From Gallionella sp. (GTDB lineage: Bacteria; Pseudomonadota; Gammaproteobacteria; Burkholderiales; Gallionellaceae): DNA of 64,000 nt. Below the pieces are notes generated by a model. That model saw only the letters and a program-made list of their open reading frames with translations. It had not been told where the DNA came from and did no database searches. Positions 27,616 through 37,279 of this stretch are shown here, piece by piece. Position numbers and translations under genes: made by a program. Location: contig JABEVG010000005.1 in NCBI GenBank assembly GCA_013044075.1, positions 479 to 64,478 on the forward strand, given 5' to 3'. Every line of letters begins with the position of its first letter. Within the stretch, counting starts at the first letter, position 1.

Positions 27616-28406
27616 GGTGTCACGCGGATGTTCAGATGATGGCCGGCAAAATACGCGATGCAGAGTTGTGCAGACTGGCCACTCGCCAGAGCCGCCAGCA
27701 GCGGCAAGCCGCGCGCCGCCGGGACACCGGCCCGCAACGCTTCCAGTGCAACATCCTGCATCACTGTCTCAGGCGTTGTACCGGATACGAAATCCACTTC
27801 CAGCATCGCCAGGGATCGCTCGTTCTTCCGCGCGGCCAGAATCAATCCCATGCCCAAGACCGCAGTGATAGGACGCGCCTTATGCATCGGCTCGGGATGG
27901 GGATGGTCATACGCGATCAAGGCCACCACGGCATCGTCCACCGTCACCTGCGCGGCAGACTCCAACAACCCCGCCGCGAAACTCGCATCGTGCGCGCACA
28001 GGCTGGTAGAGGGCTCATGAGTGCCTGCCGCGATACACCAATACCCGGCCGCCGCGTTGTGCACGGAATTATGAAAACGGGTGGGCGACACTTCGCGTGG
28101 CGCGGTCACGAGTATGCTGTTGATGGCATGCACATTGTCGTTGTCTCCCCCGGAAGAGGTGAATACCGTCGCCACCGTTTGTTTGTCGCGTCCGGCCTGT
28201 AGGATCGCCTCCTGCCCGACCGCCAATGCCAGCTTGATCGGCACCCCCGCACGGCGGCGTTCCGCAGCGGGCAGCAGCTCGCTGGCGCGCAAATTGGTCG
28301 GCGCGGCGGAATAAACCGCAGCACCGGACAGCACCGCGCGTCCAGCCGTCCAGCCGTCCAGCCCCGGACCGAGCAAGCCGACCCCTTCGACGTAGAGGCG
28401 CATCAT
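27609..28406 (-). CDS. Beta-ketoacyl synthase-like partner protein (chain-length-factor-type, KS N-terminal-like)
   Basis: 265 aa from ATGATG at 28406 (MMRLYVEGVGLLGPGLDGW...). This start overlaps the KS stop. The long ORF-track extension (to 28748) overlaps the KS gene and is rejected. Confidence 0.7.
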   Translation of the reverse strand: MMRLYVEGVGLLGPGLDGWTAGRAVLSGAAVYSAAPTNLRASELLPAAERRRAGVPIKLALAVGQEAILQAGRDKQTVATVFTSSGGDNDNVHAINSILVTAPREVSPTRFHNSVHNAAAGYWCIAAGTHEPSTSLCAHDASFAAGLLESAAQVTVDDAVVALIAYDHPHPEPMHKARPITAVLGMGLILAARKNERSLAMLEVDFVSGTTPETVMQDVALEALRAGVPAARGLPLLAALASGQSAQLCIAYFAGHHLNIRVTPC

Positions 28407-29596
28407 GCTTGCCTCCCCAGCACGAGACTGCAATTGCTGCCGCCGAAGCCAAAAGAATTGCTCAACACCCGGCTGATGCTTCCCGCGCTGTTTTCGATGC
28501 GGTAATCGATCGTCATAGCCGGATCGACGCGCTGTGTGTTCAGGCTCCCCGGCACAAAACCATGCTCGACCGCCAGCATGCTGATGATGGCTTCGGTGAC
28601 ACCCGCCGCGCCAAGCAGATGCCCCGTCCAACCCTTGGTCGAACTGCACGGCACGCTCGCGCCGAACACATCGGCGACCGCACGGCCTTCGCTGGCATCG
28701 TTGGATTTGGTCGCTGTGCCGTGCAAGTTGATGTAGTTGATATCGCACGCTTGCAAACCGGCGGAAGCGAGTGCGCGTTGCATCGCCAGTCGCGCACCCA
28801 GGCCTTCGGGGTGCGGAGTGGACATGTGATAGGCATCGGAACTTTCGCCGACACCCAACAGCAGCATCGCACCCGGCGTGTTCGCCGCCGTTGCGCGTTC
28901 AAGCAACACAAAACCCGCCCCTTCGCCGATCGAGATGCCGTCACGCTCGGCATCGTAAGGCCGGCACGGAAAGCGCGACATCAACCCCAGCGAATTGAAC
29001 CCGTACAGCGTGCTCAGACACAGGCTGTCCACCCCGCCGACCACGGCTGCGTCGCACACCCCCGCAGCCATCATGCGCGCGGCGTTGGCAAACACCTTGG
29101 CACTCGACGAACACGCGGAAGACACCACGAAGGAGGGACCGTGCAATCCCAGATAACGCGACACGAAGCCGGCAAGCGAATAGGTGTTCAGTGTTTCCGC
29201 ATAATGAAAATCGGGGGGCAGGACACCCGTCTGCGGATCCAGGCGGCGATAGGCCAATTCGGCCTGCAATATCGCGGACGTGCTGGAGCCGAGGAAGACA
29301 CCGATACGGTCGTCGGCATAGTGATCTTTTGCCGCCGTGATCGCGTCCACGAATCCATCCTGCTCCAGACACAACTGGGCGAGACGATTGTTGCGGCAAT
29401 CAAAAGCGGAGAGATCGGCCCGCACGCGGTGGTCATCCAATCCATCGACCTTGGCGATATAGGTCTCCAGATCGACATCCTCGAACGCGCACGGAACCAG
29501 CCCTGAACGGCGGGTATGCAGCGACGCCAAGGTCGCTGCCGATCCCAGTCCCAGGCTATTGGCAATGGTCGTGTGACTGATGACTAAGGGCTGCAA
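28403..29596 (-). CDS. Beta-ketoacyl-ACP synthase (FabF/FabB-like KS)
   Basis: 397 aa. Active-site Cys in VSSACSSSAKVF, His motifs HMSTPHP and NLHGTATKSND, C-terminal SNSFGFGGSNCSLVL. Apparent TTG start. Confidence 0.9.
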   Translation of the reverse strand: MQPLVISHTTIANSLGLGSAATLASLHTRRSGLVPCAFEDVDLETYIAKVDGLDDHRVRADLSAFDCRNNRLAQLCLEQDGFVDAITAAKDHYADDRIGVFLGSSTSAILQAELAYRRLDPQTGVLPPDFHYAETLNTYSLAGFVSRYLGLHGPSFVVSSACSSSAKVFANAARMMAAGVCDAAVVGGVDSLCLSTLYGFNSLGLMSRFPCRPYDAERDGISIGEGAGFVLLERATAANTPGAMLLLGVGESSDAYHMSTPHPEGLGARLAMQRALASAGLQACDINYINLHGTATKSNDASEGRAVADVFGASVPCSSTKGWTGHLLGAAGVTEAIISMLAVEHGFVPGSLNTQRVDPAMTIDYRIENSAGSISRVLSNSFGFGGSNCSLVLGRQA

Positions 29597-29693
29597 ATTC
29601 TCAGGAAATACCGGTTAGATTAGTGGGTCGGGAAGCCTTGTTTACGGGCGAAATTTTATCATACTAGCCGGTGCGAATCAGAATCCGAGTCCA

Positions 29694-30416
29694 TCATCCG
29701 CCCAGATACGCGCGCTGCACCGCTTCGCTGTCCAGCAGTGCTTTGGACGTACCCGCCAGCGTGATCGCCCCGCTTTCCATCACATAACCACGGCTGGCGA
29801 CTTGCAGAGCGAGCTTGGCATTCTGTTCCACCAGCAGGATGCTCATGCCCTGCTCGGAAATGTCGCGTATGGTCTGGAAGATCTTTTTCACCATGAGCGG
29901 CGCGAGTCCCATGCTGGGTTCATCCAGCATCAGTAAGCGCGGGCGGCTCATCAGGGCGCGCGCCATGGCGACCATCTGCTGTTCGCCACCGGACAGCGTT
30001 CCGGCCAGCTGTGCCTTGCGCTCGGCCAGACGCGGAAACAGCTCATACATGCGCACCAGGTCGGCGGCGATTTCGTCTGAATTGCTGCGACTGTACGCGC
30101 CCATGAGCAGGTTTTCACTGATGCTCAAACGCGCGAAGATGCCGCGACCTTCGGGGACGAGCGCGATGCCTTGCGCCACGCGCCGGTGTGCAGCGGTATC
30201 GTGCAGACTCTTGCCTTCGTAGCGGATCTCGCCGCTATTGGGTTGCAACAAACCCGCCACAGTCTTGAGCGTGGTGGTCTTGCCCGCCCCGTTGCTGCCG
30301 ATGAGCGCGACCAGCTCGCCGGGCGCGATATCCAGATGGATGCCTTTGACCGCGCGGATTCCGCCGTAGGCGACGTGCAGATTTTGTATTTGCAGTATCG
30401 GATCAGTCATCGCCAA
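29694..30416 (-). CDS. livF: Branched-chain amino acid ABC transporter ATPase LivF
   Basis: LIGSNGAGKTTTLK, LSGGEQQMVAMARAL, LMLDEPS. Confidence 0.9.
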   Translation of the reverse strand: MAMTDPILQIQNLHVAYGGIRAVKGIHLDIAPGELVALIGSNGAGKTTTLKTVAGLLQPNSGEIRYEGKSLHDTAAHRRVAQGIALVPEGRGIFARLSISENLLMGAYSRSNSDEIAADLVRMYELFPRLAERKAQLAGTLSGGEQQMVAMARALMSRPRLLMLDEPSMGLAPLMVKKIFQTIRDISEQGMSILLVEQNAKLALQVASRGYVMESGAITLAGTSKALLDSEAVQRAYLGG

Positions 30417-31206
30417 CTCCCAGATACGCGGCGATCACGGCGGGATGGTTACGCACCTTGTGCGGCACATCCTCGGCGATCTTTTTGCCGTAATCCAATA
30501 CCGCGACGCGGTCGCACAGTCCCATGACGAGCTTCACATCGTGCTCGATGAGCAGCACGGTGATGCCGGTCTCGCGTATGGATTGCAGCAAGGTTTGCAG
30601 ACTGGCAGTCTCGGTGGCGTTCATGCCTGCGGCAGGTTCGTCGAGAGCCAGCAGCAGGGGTTCGGTCGCCAGCGCGCGCGCGATCTCAAGACGGCGTTGT
30701 TCGCCGTAGGACAGATGTTTGGCGAGCGTGTGCGCGGAGCGGGCGAGGCCGACGTAACGCAACAATTCCTGCGCGCGTTGGCTGATCGCCTGCTCCTCTG
30801 CACGGGTCTTGCGGTTGCGCAGCAAGGCCCCGAACACCCCGGCCCGGGTGCGCACATGACGACCTATCATCACATTTTCCAACGCGCTGAGATTGGCAAA
30901 CAAGCGGATGTTCTGGAAGGTGCGCGCGATGCCGGCTTGCGCCAGCACGTGCGGCTTGCCCGTCTGATAGCGATGGCCATTGAACTCGAACTGTCCGGCA
31001 CTGGCCTGATACAAGCCGGTGATAACATTGAACAGCGTGGTCTTGCCCGCACCGTTTGGCCCGATCAAGCCGTAGATCTCGCCACGCCTGATATGCAGGT
31101 TCACATCGGAGAGCGCGTTCAGTCCGCCGAAGCTTTTGCTGATGCCTGAGAGTTGCAGGAGTGGTTCGACAGGCTCACCACGAATGGTTGGAGGAGTGTG
31201 ATTCAT
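30403..31206 (-). CDS. livG: Branched-chain amino acid ABC transporter ATPase LivG
   Basis: LLQLSGISKSFGGLNALSDV, LIGPNGAGKTTLFN, LSYGEQRRLEIARAL. ATGA overlap with the livM stop. N-terminal residues TIRGEPVEP are encoded by a repeat arm (see findings). Confidence 0.9.
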   Translation of the reverse strand: MNHTPPTIRGEPVEPLLQLSGISKSFGGLNALSDVNLHIRRGEIYGLIGPNGAGKTTLFNVITGLYQASAGQFEFNGHRYQTGKPHVLAQAGIARTFQNIRLFANLSALENVMIGRHVRTRAGVFGALLRNRKTRAEEQAISQRAQELLRYVGLARSAHTLAKHLSYGEQRRLEIARALATEPLLLALDEPAAGMNATETASLQTLLQSIRETGITVLLIEHDVKLVMGLCDRVAVLDYGKKIAEDVPHKVRNHPAVIAAYLGVGDD

Positions 31207-32264
31207 ATTGTTTCCGCCGCTTCGTCGGTTTGCAACTCGCGCCTGCGCAGCCGCGACGGCCAGAGTCCCGCCGGTCTATACAGCATCACCACGATCAGCG
31301 CGAAACCGAACAGCAACATACGCAGACTTTCCGGGTCGATTAGCGTCTTTCCGAACAGGCTTTGTTGTATCGGCACGACGCTGTGGCGCAAGATCTCCGG
31401 CAGCAGTGCCAATACAATCCCACCCAGAATCACGCCCGTGATGTTGCCCATGCCGCCCAGCACCACCATGCACAACACCATGACGGACTCCATCAGGCTG
31501 AAACTCTCCGGGCTGACAAAACCCTGGAATCCGGCGAACAACGCGCCGGACATGCCGCCGAACATCGCGCCCATGGCGAACGCCAGCAGCTTGAGGTTGC
31601 GCGTGTTGATCCCCATCGCGGTCGCGGCGATCTCGTCCTCGCGTATCGCCATCCAGGCGCGACCGATGCGCGATCTTTCCAGACGGTGCGAGATCAAGAC
31701 CACCAGCGCGGTGCAGGCGAGGAACAGATAAAAATACAAATGTACCGAAGGCAGCGTGATGCCCAAGATGTTCTGCGTGCTATTCAGTGACACGCCCGCC
31801 ACACTGATCGGATCGATGCGGCTGATACCTTGCGGGCCGTTAGTCAGATTGAGCGGCGCGTTGAGATTGTTCAAAAAGATGCGGATGATCTCGCCGAAAC
31901 CCAGCGTGACGATGGCCAGATAATCGCCGCGCAGCCGCAAGGTCGGCGCGCCCAGCAACACGCCAAAACCACCGGCCAGCAAGGCTGCCAGCGGCAGGAC
32001 GATTAAAAACGAAAGATGGATGCCGTCGGGGAACAGCGTTGGGAATGCCAGTGCCAGATGCGGTGAGCCGGTCAGCGCGTAGCAATACGCGCCCACCGCG
32101 AAGAACGCGATGTAGCCCAGATCGAGCAAGCCCGCGTAACCCACCACAATGTTCAAGCCCAGCGCGAGCATGATGTAGAGCATGGCGAAATCCACGATGC
32201 GCACCCAGCCGCGACCCAGCAGCGCGTCGGTGATAAAAGGGAGTAACACCAATGCCGCGAACAT
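31203..32264 (-). CDS. livM: Branched-chain amino acid ABC transporter permease LivM
   Basis: Polytopic, with LALGLNIVVGYAGLLDLGYIAFFAVGAY. ATG at 32264 preferred; the ORF-track TTG at 32342 would overlap livH by 53 nt. Start is uncertain. Confidence 0.85.
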   Translation of the reverse strand: MFAALVLLPFITDALLGRGWVRIVDFAMLYIMLALGLNIVVGYAGLLDLGYIAFFAVGAYCYALTGSPHLALAFPTLFPDGIHLSFLIVLPLAALLAGGFGVLLGAPTLRLRGDYLAIVTLGFGEIIRIFLNNLNAPLNLTNGPQGISRIDPISVAGVSLNSTQNILGITLPSVHLYFYLFLACTALVVLISHRLERSRIGRAWMAIREDEIAATAMGINTRNLKLLAFAMGAMFGGMSGALFAGFQGFVSPESFSLMESVMVLCMVVLGGMGNITGVILGGIVLALLPEILRHSVVPIQQSLFGKTLIDPESLRMLLFGFALIVVMLYRPAGLWPSRLRRRELQTDEAAETI

Positions 32265-32289
32265 CAGCCAGAGCAGCAAGCGAGGATTC

Positions 32290-33213
32290 TTAAGCGCGTT
32301 CTGCAATGCGCTCTCCCAAAAGACCGGAAGGCCTAAAGACAAGGACGGCGATCAGCACGAAGAACGCGAACACGTCCTGATAGTTGCTGCCCAGAAATCC
32401 GCCGGTCAGATCGCCGATGTAGCCCGCGCCCAAGCTCTCGATCAAACCGAGCAACAGCCCGCCCAGCATTGCGCCGCGCAGGTTGCCGATGCCGCCCAAC
32501 ACCGCAGCAGTAAACGCTTTCAGGCCGAGCAGGAAACCCATGTAATAGTGCGCCAGGCCGTAGTTGGCACTGACCATTAACCCCGCGATGGCGGCGAGTG
32601 CCGAGCCCAGCATAAAAGTGAGGGAGATGACGCGATTGATGTCCACACCCATGAGTTGCGCGGCATGCTGGTTCTCCGCGACCGCGCGCATGGAGCGGCC
32701 CAGCCGGGTGTGATGCACGACCGTCATCAGTCCCGCCATGATGAGGACCGCCAGCACCACGATGGCGATCTGCACGTCGCTGATGATCGCGCCAGCGAAG
32801 CTGTGCGTGGTATTGGCGAACAGGACGGGGAAAGGGTGATAGCCGCGTCCCCATATCATCATCGCCAGATTTTGCAGCAGGATGGAGATGCCGATAGCGG
32901 TGATGAGCGGAGCGAGGCGGGGCGCGTGGCGCAGCGGGCGGTACGCAACGCGCTCGATGCCATAGCCCAGTGCCATGCAGCCGACCATCGCGATGATGAC
33001 ACTAAGGGGCAATGCCAGCAGCGGTGACACATCCCAGCCCAATAAAAGGCCGAGAGAACTGAGGCTCAACATCGCCCCTACCATCACCACTTCGCCATGC
33101 GCGAAATTGATCAGGCCGAGGATGCCATACACCATGGTGTAGCCCAGCGCGACCAAGGCATAGACGCTGCCCTGTACCAGCCCGTTGACGATTTGTTGGA
33201 GAAAAATATTCAT
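32290..33213 (-). CDS. livH: Branched-chain amino acid ABC transporter permease LivH
   Basis: MNIFLQQIVNGLVQGSVYALVALGYTMVYGILGLINFAHGEV is the canonical LivH N-terminus. Confidence 0.9.
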   Translation of the reverse strand: MNIFLQQIVNGLVQGSVYALVALGYTMVYGILGLINFAHGEVVMVGAMLSLSSLGLLLGWDVSPLLALPLSVIIAMVGCMALGYGIERVAYRPLRHAPRLAPLITAIGISILLQNLAMMIWGRGYHPFPVLFANTTHSFAGAIISDVQIAIVVLAVLIMAGLMTVVHHTRLGRSMRAVAENQHAAQLMGVDINRVISLTFMLGSALAAIAGLMVSANYGLAHYYMGFLLGLKAFTAAVLGGIGNLRGAMLGGLLLGLIESLGAGYIGDLTGGFLGSNYQDVFAFFVLIAVLVFRPSGLLGERIAERA

Positions 33214-33274
33214 GGATGGACAAATAAAAACGACACGGATGCCGTGTCGTTCGGGATTCTACAGCACTGTCATA

Positions 33275-34441
33275 TCAATGCGTCGCACCCAGTGTTTCCA
33301 GTGCCTGCCACTTGCCTTGCTGCACCTGGTACATGGTGATCGCACCGCCTTGCAGATCACCTTTGGCATCGAATTGAATTTTTGCGGTGACGCCATCCAG
33401 ACTGATCCTGGCGAGTTCGGGGAGATATTTGGCGGGATCGACGGAGTCGGCTTTTTGCATCGCGGCGATCATCACGTTCACCGCGTCATAGCAATACGGC
33501 GCATAGAGTTGTATGGGCTGGTATCGGGCGACGAAGCGCGTCTCGAACTCCTTGCCGCCGGGCATCTTGCTTAGCGGCACACCGGGCAGCGAGGCGTAAC
33601 TGCCTTCCGCCGCATCGCCGGCCAGCTTGATATATTCGGGTGTATAGCCGCCATCGCCGGTCATGAACTTGACATTGAGTGCGAGTGCCTTGATCTGTTT
33701 TGCCATCGGCCCGGACTGGGGATCCATACCGCCGTAGAACAGCAGATCGGGTTGCTTGCCTTTCACCGCCGTCAGCACGGCGGTGAAATCCACCGCCTTG
33801 TCGTTGGTATATTCATGCGTCACGATCTGTGCGCCGGCGGCTTGCGCGGCCTTGATGAATTCATCCGCCAGACCTTGCCCGTAAGCCGTACGGTCATCGA
33901 TCACGGCGATCTTTTTCGCACCCAGATTCTTCGCGGCATATTCGCCCAGCACACGGCCCTGTTGCGCATCGTTGGCCATCACGCGGAACGCGGTCTTGAA
34001 ACCCTGTGCGGTGTAATTCACGGCGGTCGCGGAAGGCGAGATTTGCACGATGCCATTGTCGTTATAGATCTTCGAGGCGGGGATGGTGGTGCCGGAATTG
34101 AGATGCCCGATCACGCCGTTGACTTTATCGTCGACCAGTTTCTGTGCCACGATGGTCGCGGTCTTGGGGTCGGCCTGATCGTCCTCGCTGATGAGTTCGA
34201 AGTGAACTTTGCGTCCGCCTATAATGAGGCCTTTGGCATTGGCATCATCTATCGCCATGCGCGTGCCGCTTTCGTTATCCTTGCCGATGTGCGCCTGATT
34301 GCCGGTCAGCGGGGCAGCCGAGCCGATACGCACAATCAACTCACCCGCAGCATTGGTGTCATTGTTGGTGGCTTTGTTGCAGCCGCTCAGAACTAGCGCG
34401 GTGGCGATGAACAGCAGGGCGTGAAAGATACGGAATGACAT
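33275..34441 (-). CDS. livJ: Periplasmic branched-chain amino acid-binding protein (LivJ/LivK family), lipoprotein-type signal
   Basis: 388 aa with lipobox LVLSGC. IGSAAPLTGNQAHIGKDNESG...GHLNSGTTIPAS. Confidence 0.85.
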   Translation of the reverse strand: MSFRIFHALLFIATALVLSGCNKATNNDTNAAGELIVRIGSAAPLTGNQAHIGKDNESGTRMAIDDANAKGLIIGGRKVHFELISEDDQADPKTATIVAQKLVDDKVNGVIGHLNSGTTIPASKIYNDNGIVQISPSATAVNYTAQGFKTAFRVMANDAQQGRVLGEYAAKNLGAKKIAVIDDRTAYGQGLADEFIKAAQAAGAQIVTHEYTNDKAVDFTAVLTAVKGKQPDLLFYGGMDPQSGPMAKQIKALALNVKFMTGDGGYTPEYIKLAGDAAEGSYASLPGVPLSKMPGGKEFETRFVARYQPIQLYAPYCYDAVNVMIAAMQKADSVDPAKYLPELARISLDGVTAKIQFDAKGDLQGGAITMYQVQQGKWQALETLGATH

Positions 34442-34510
34442 GGTTGATCCTTATAGAAACGCGCGCGGATTATGCGTAGGCGTTACCGTGCTTGTCAATT
34501 GTCGGGCCGT

Positions 34511-34538
34511 AAAAAAAGGTGGCCCGGCAGGCCACCTT
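34511..34538 (-). terminator. Rho-independent terminator of the cytochrome c gene
   Basis: Minus strand reads AAGGTGGCC-tgccg-GGCCACCTT followed by TTTTTTT. Confidence 0.8.
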
Positions 34539-34563
34539 CAACATCTAGCAATACTGAAATTGC

Positions 34564-34911
34564 TTAGATTTTCCCTGCTTTAACTGCAGCAAAAAGTGCA
34601 GCTGCCGCGTCATCTTCGTGGCCCTTGATCAGGTTGTTATATTGACCTGTCATCAGAGCTGCTTGTTTTTTCCATTTGTCATTAGACGCAGCTACTTTAC
34701 GATCTTCCACTTTAAAGCCGGACTTAAATACCGCTGCCAGTGTTTTTGCATCACCGTATTTTTCTGCAACTGTTTTCCAATCAGGCCCTACAACATCTTT
34801 ACCAACTGCATGACAAGCCTTGCATGCACCTGTGTTGAAGTCACCAGCCATTGCAGAACCTGCAACCATCAAACCTGCCGCAACCATCATGCTAACAATC
34901 ATTGATTTCAT
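34564..34911 (-). CDS. Small soluble class I c-type cytochrome (c551/c8-like)
   Basis: 115 aa. Signal peptide ending AMA, single haem motif CKACH, VGPDWKTVAEKYG resembling c551 VGPAYKDVAAKF, and candidate Met ligand in ALMTGQ. Confidence 0.8.
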   Translation of the reverse strand: MKSMIVSMMVAAGLMVAGSAMAGDFNTGACKACHAVGKDVVGPDWKTVAEKYGDAKTLAAVFKSGFKVEDRKVAASNDKWKKQAALMTGQYNNLIKGHEDDAAAALFAAVKAGKI

Positions 34912-35004
34912 ATTTTTCCCCAGTTGTGATTTTGTAGAATAAAAAAGAAGGCGTTTTTATAGCCTTCACGGCGGATTGTAAACAACCTAGCGTATTTTGT
35001 GCAA

Positions 35005-35040
35005 ACAAAAAACCAACCCCGCCGTAGCGGGGTTGGTTTC
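35005..35040 (-). terminator. Rho-independent terminator of groES-groEL
   Basis: Minus strand reads AACCAACCCCGC-tacg-GCGGGGTTGGTT followed by TTTTTG. Confidence 0.85.
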
Positions 35041-35082
35041 TACTTTACTAACTTTATAGAGCGAATCGTGCGGCAGACGCTA

Positions 35083-36741
<1,659 letters not shown>

Positions 36742-36826
36742 TCATTAGTTAACTTTAGTTTCGGCATGACATCCAGGCTTCGCCCGATATTTAGCCTGCC
36801 CGAAAAAATTATTCGCGATGCGAAAA

Positions 36827-37117
36827 TTACTTTTCAACCACACCGATGATGTCGTCTTCGCGCATGGTCATATATTCTTCGCCATCTATCTTGAAGGTCT
36901 GCCCGGCATACTTGCCGAACAACACGGTGTCACCCACCTTAACGTTCATGGCGTGCAACTTGCCGTCATCGCTCATCTTGCCATTGCCCACGGCAACGAT
37001 CTTGCCCTGATCGGGTTTTTCAGTAGCGGCATCAGGGATCACGATGCCAGAGGCGGTCTTGCGCTCTTCTTCCATACGTTTAACGATCACGCGGTCGTGC
37101 AAAGGACGAATTTTCAT
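36827..37117 (-). CDS. groS: Co-chaperonin GroES
   Basis: [29 protein letters not shown]..., 96 aa. Confidence 0.98.
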   Translation of the reverse strand: MKIRPLHDRVIVKRMEEERKTASGIVIPDAATEKPDQGKIVAVGNGKMSDDGKLHAMNVKVGDTVLFGKYAGQTFKIDGEEYMTMREDDIIGVVEK

Positions 37118-37187
37118 ACTGAGGCTCCTAATAAAATTGGGGTTAATGGATGAAGGCGGAGTTTAGCACTCTCTACCTCGGAGTGCC

Positions 37188-37215
37188 AGATTGGGATGGA
37201 TCGCTTGATTTCAAG
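37188..37215 (-). promoter_or_regulatory. Sigma32 (RpoH) heat-shock promoter of groESL
   Basis: Minus strand reads CTTGAAA (plus 37209-37215), then 13 nt, then CCCAATCT (plus 37188-37195), against the consensus CTTGAAA-N13-15-CCCCATnT. About 70 nt upstream of the groES ATG. Confidence 0.6.
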
Positions 37216-37279
37216 TGCCAGATGAAAAAACAGCCCGCACCCCAAACGCACGAGCCGGATGGACCCGTGCTAACGCCCC

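Noticed and set aside
10999-29596. The pigment cluster as a mobile genomic island or defence island.
   Set aside because: There is no integrase, transposase, tRNA, direct-repeat boundary or phage gene anywhere in the window. Composition looks like the surrounding chromosome. No nuclease, helicase, methylase or TA-like genes typical of defence systems were seen.
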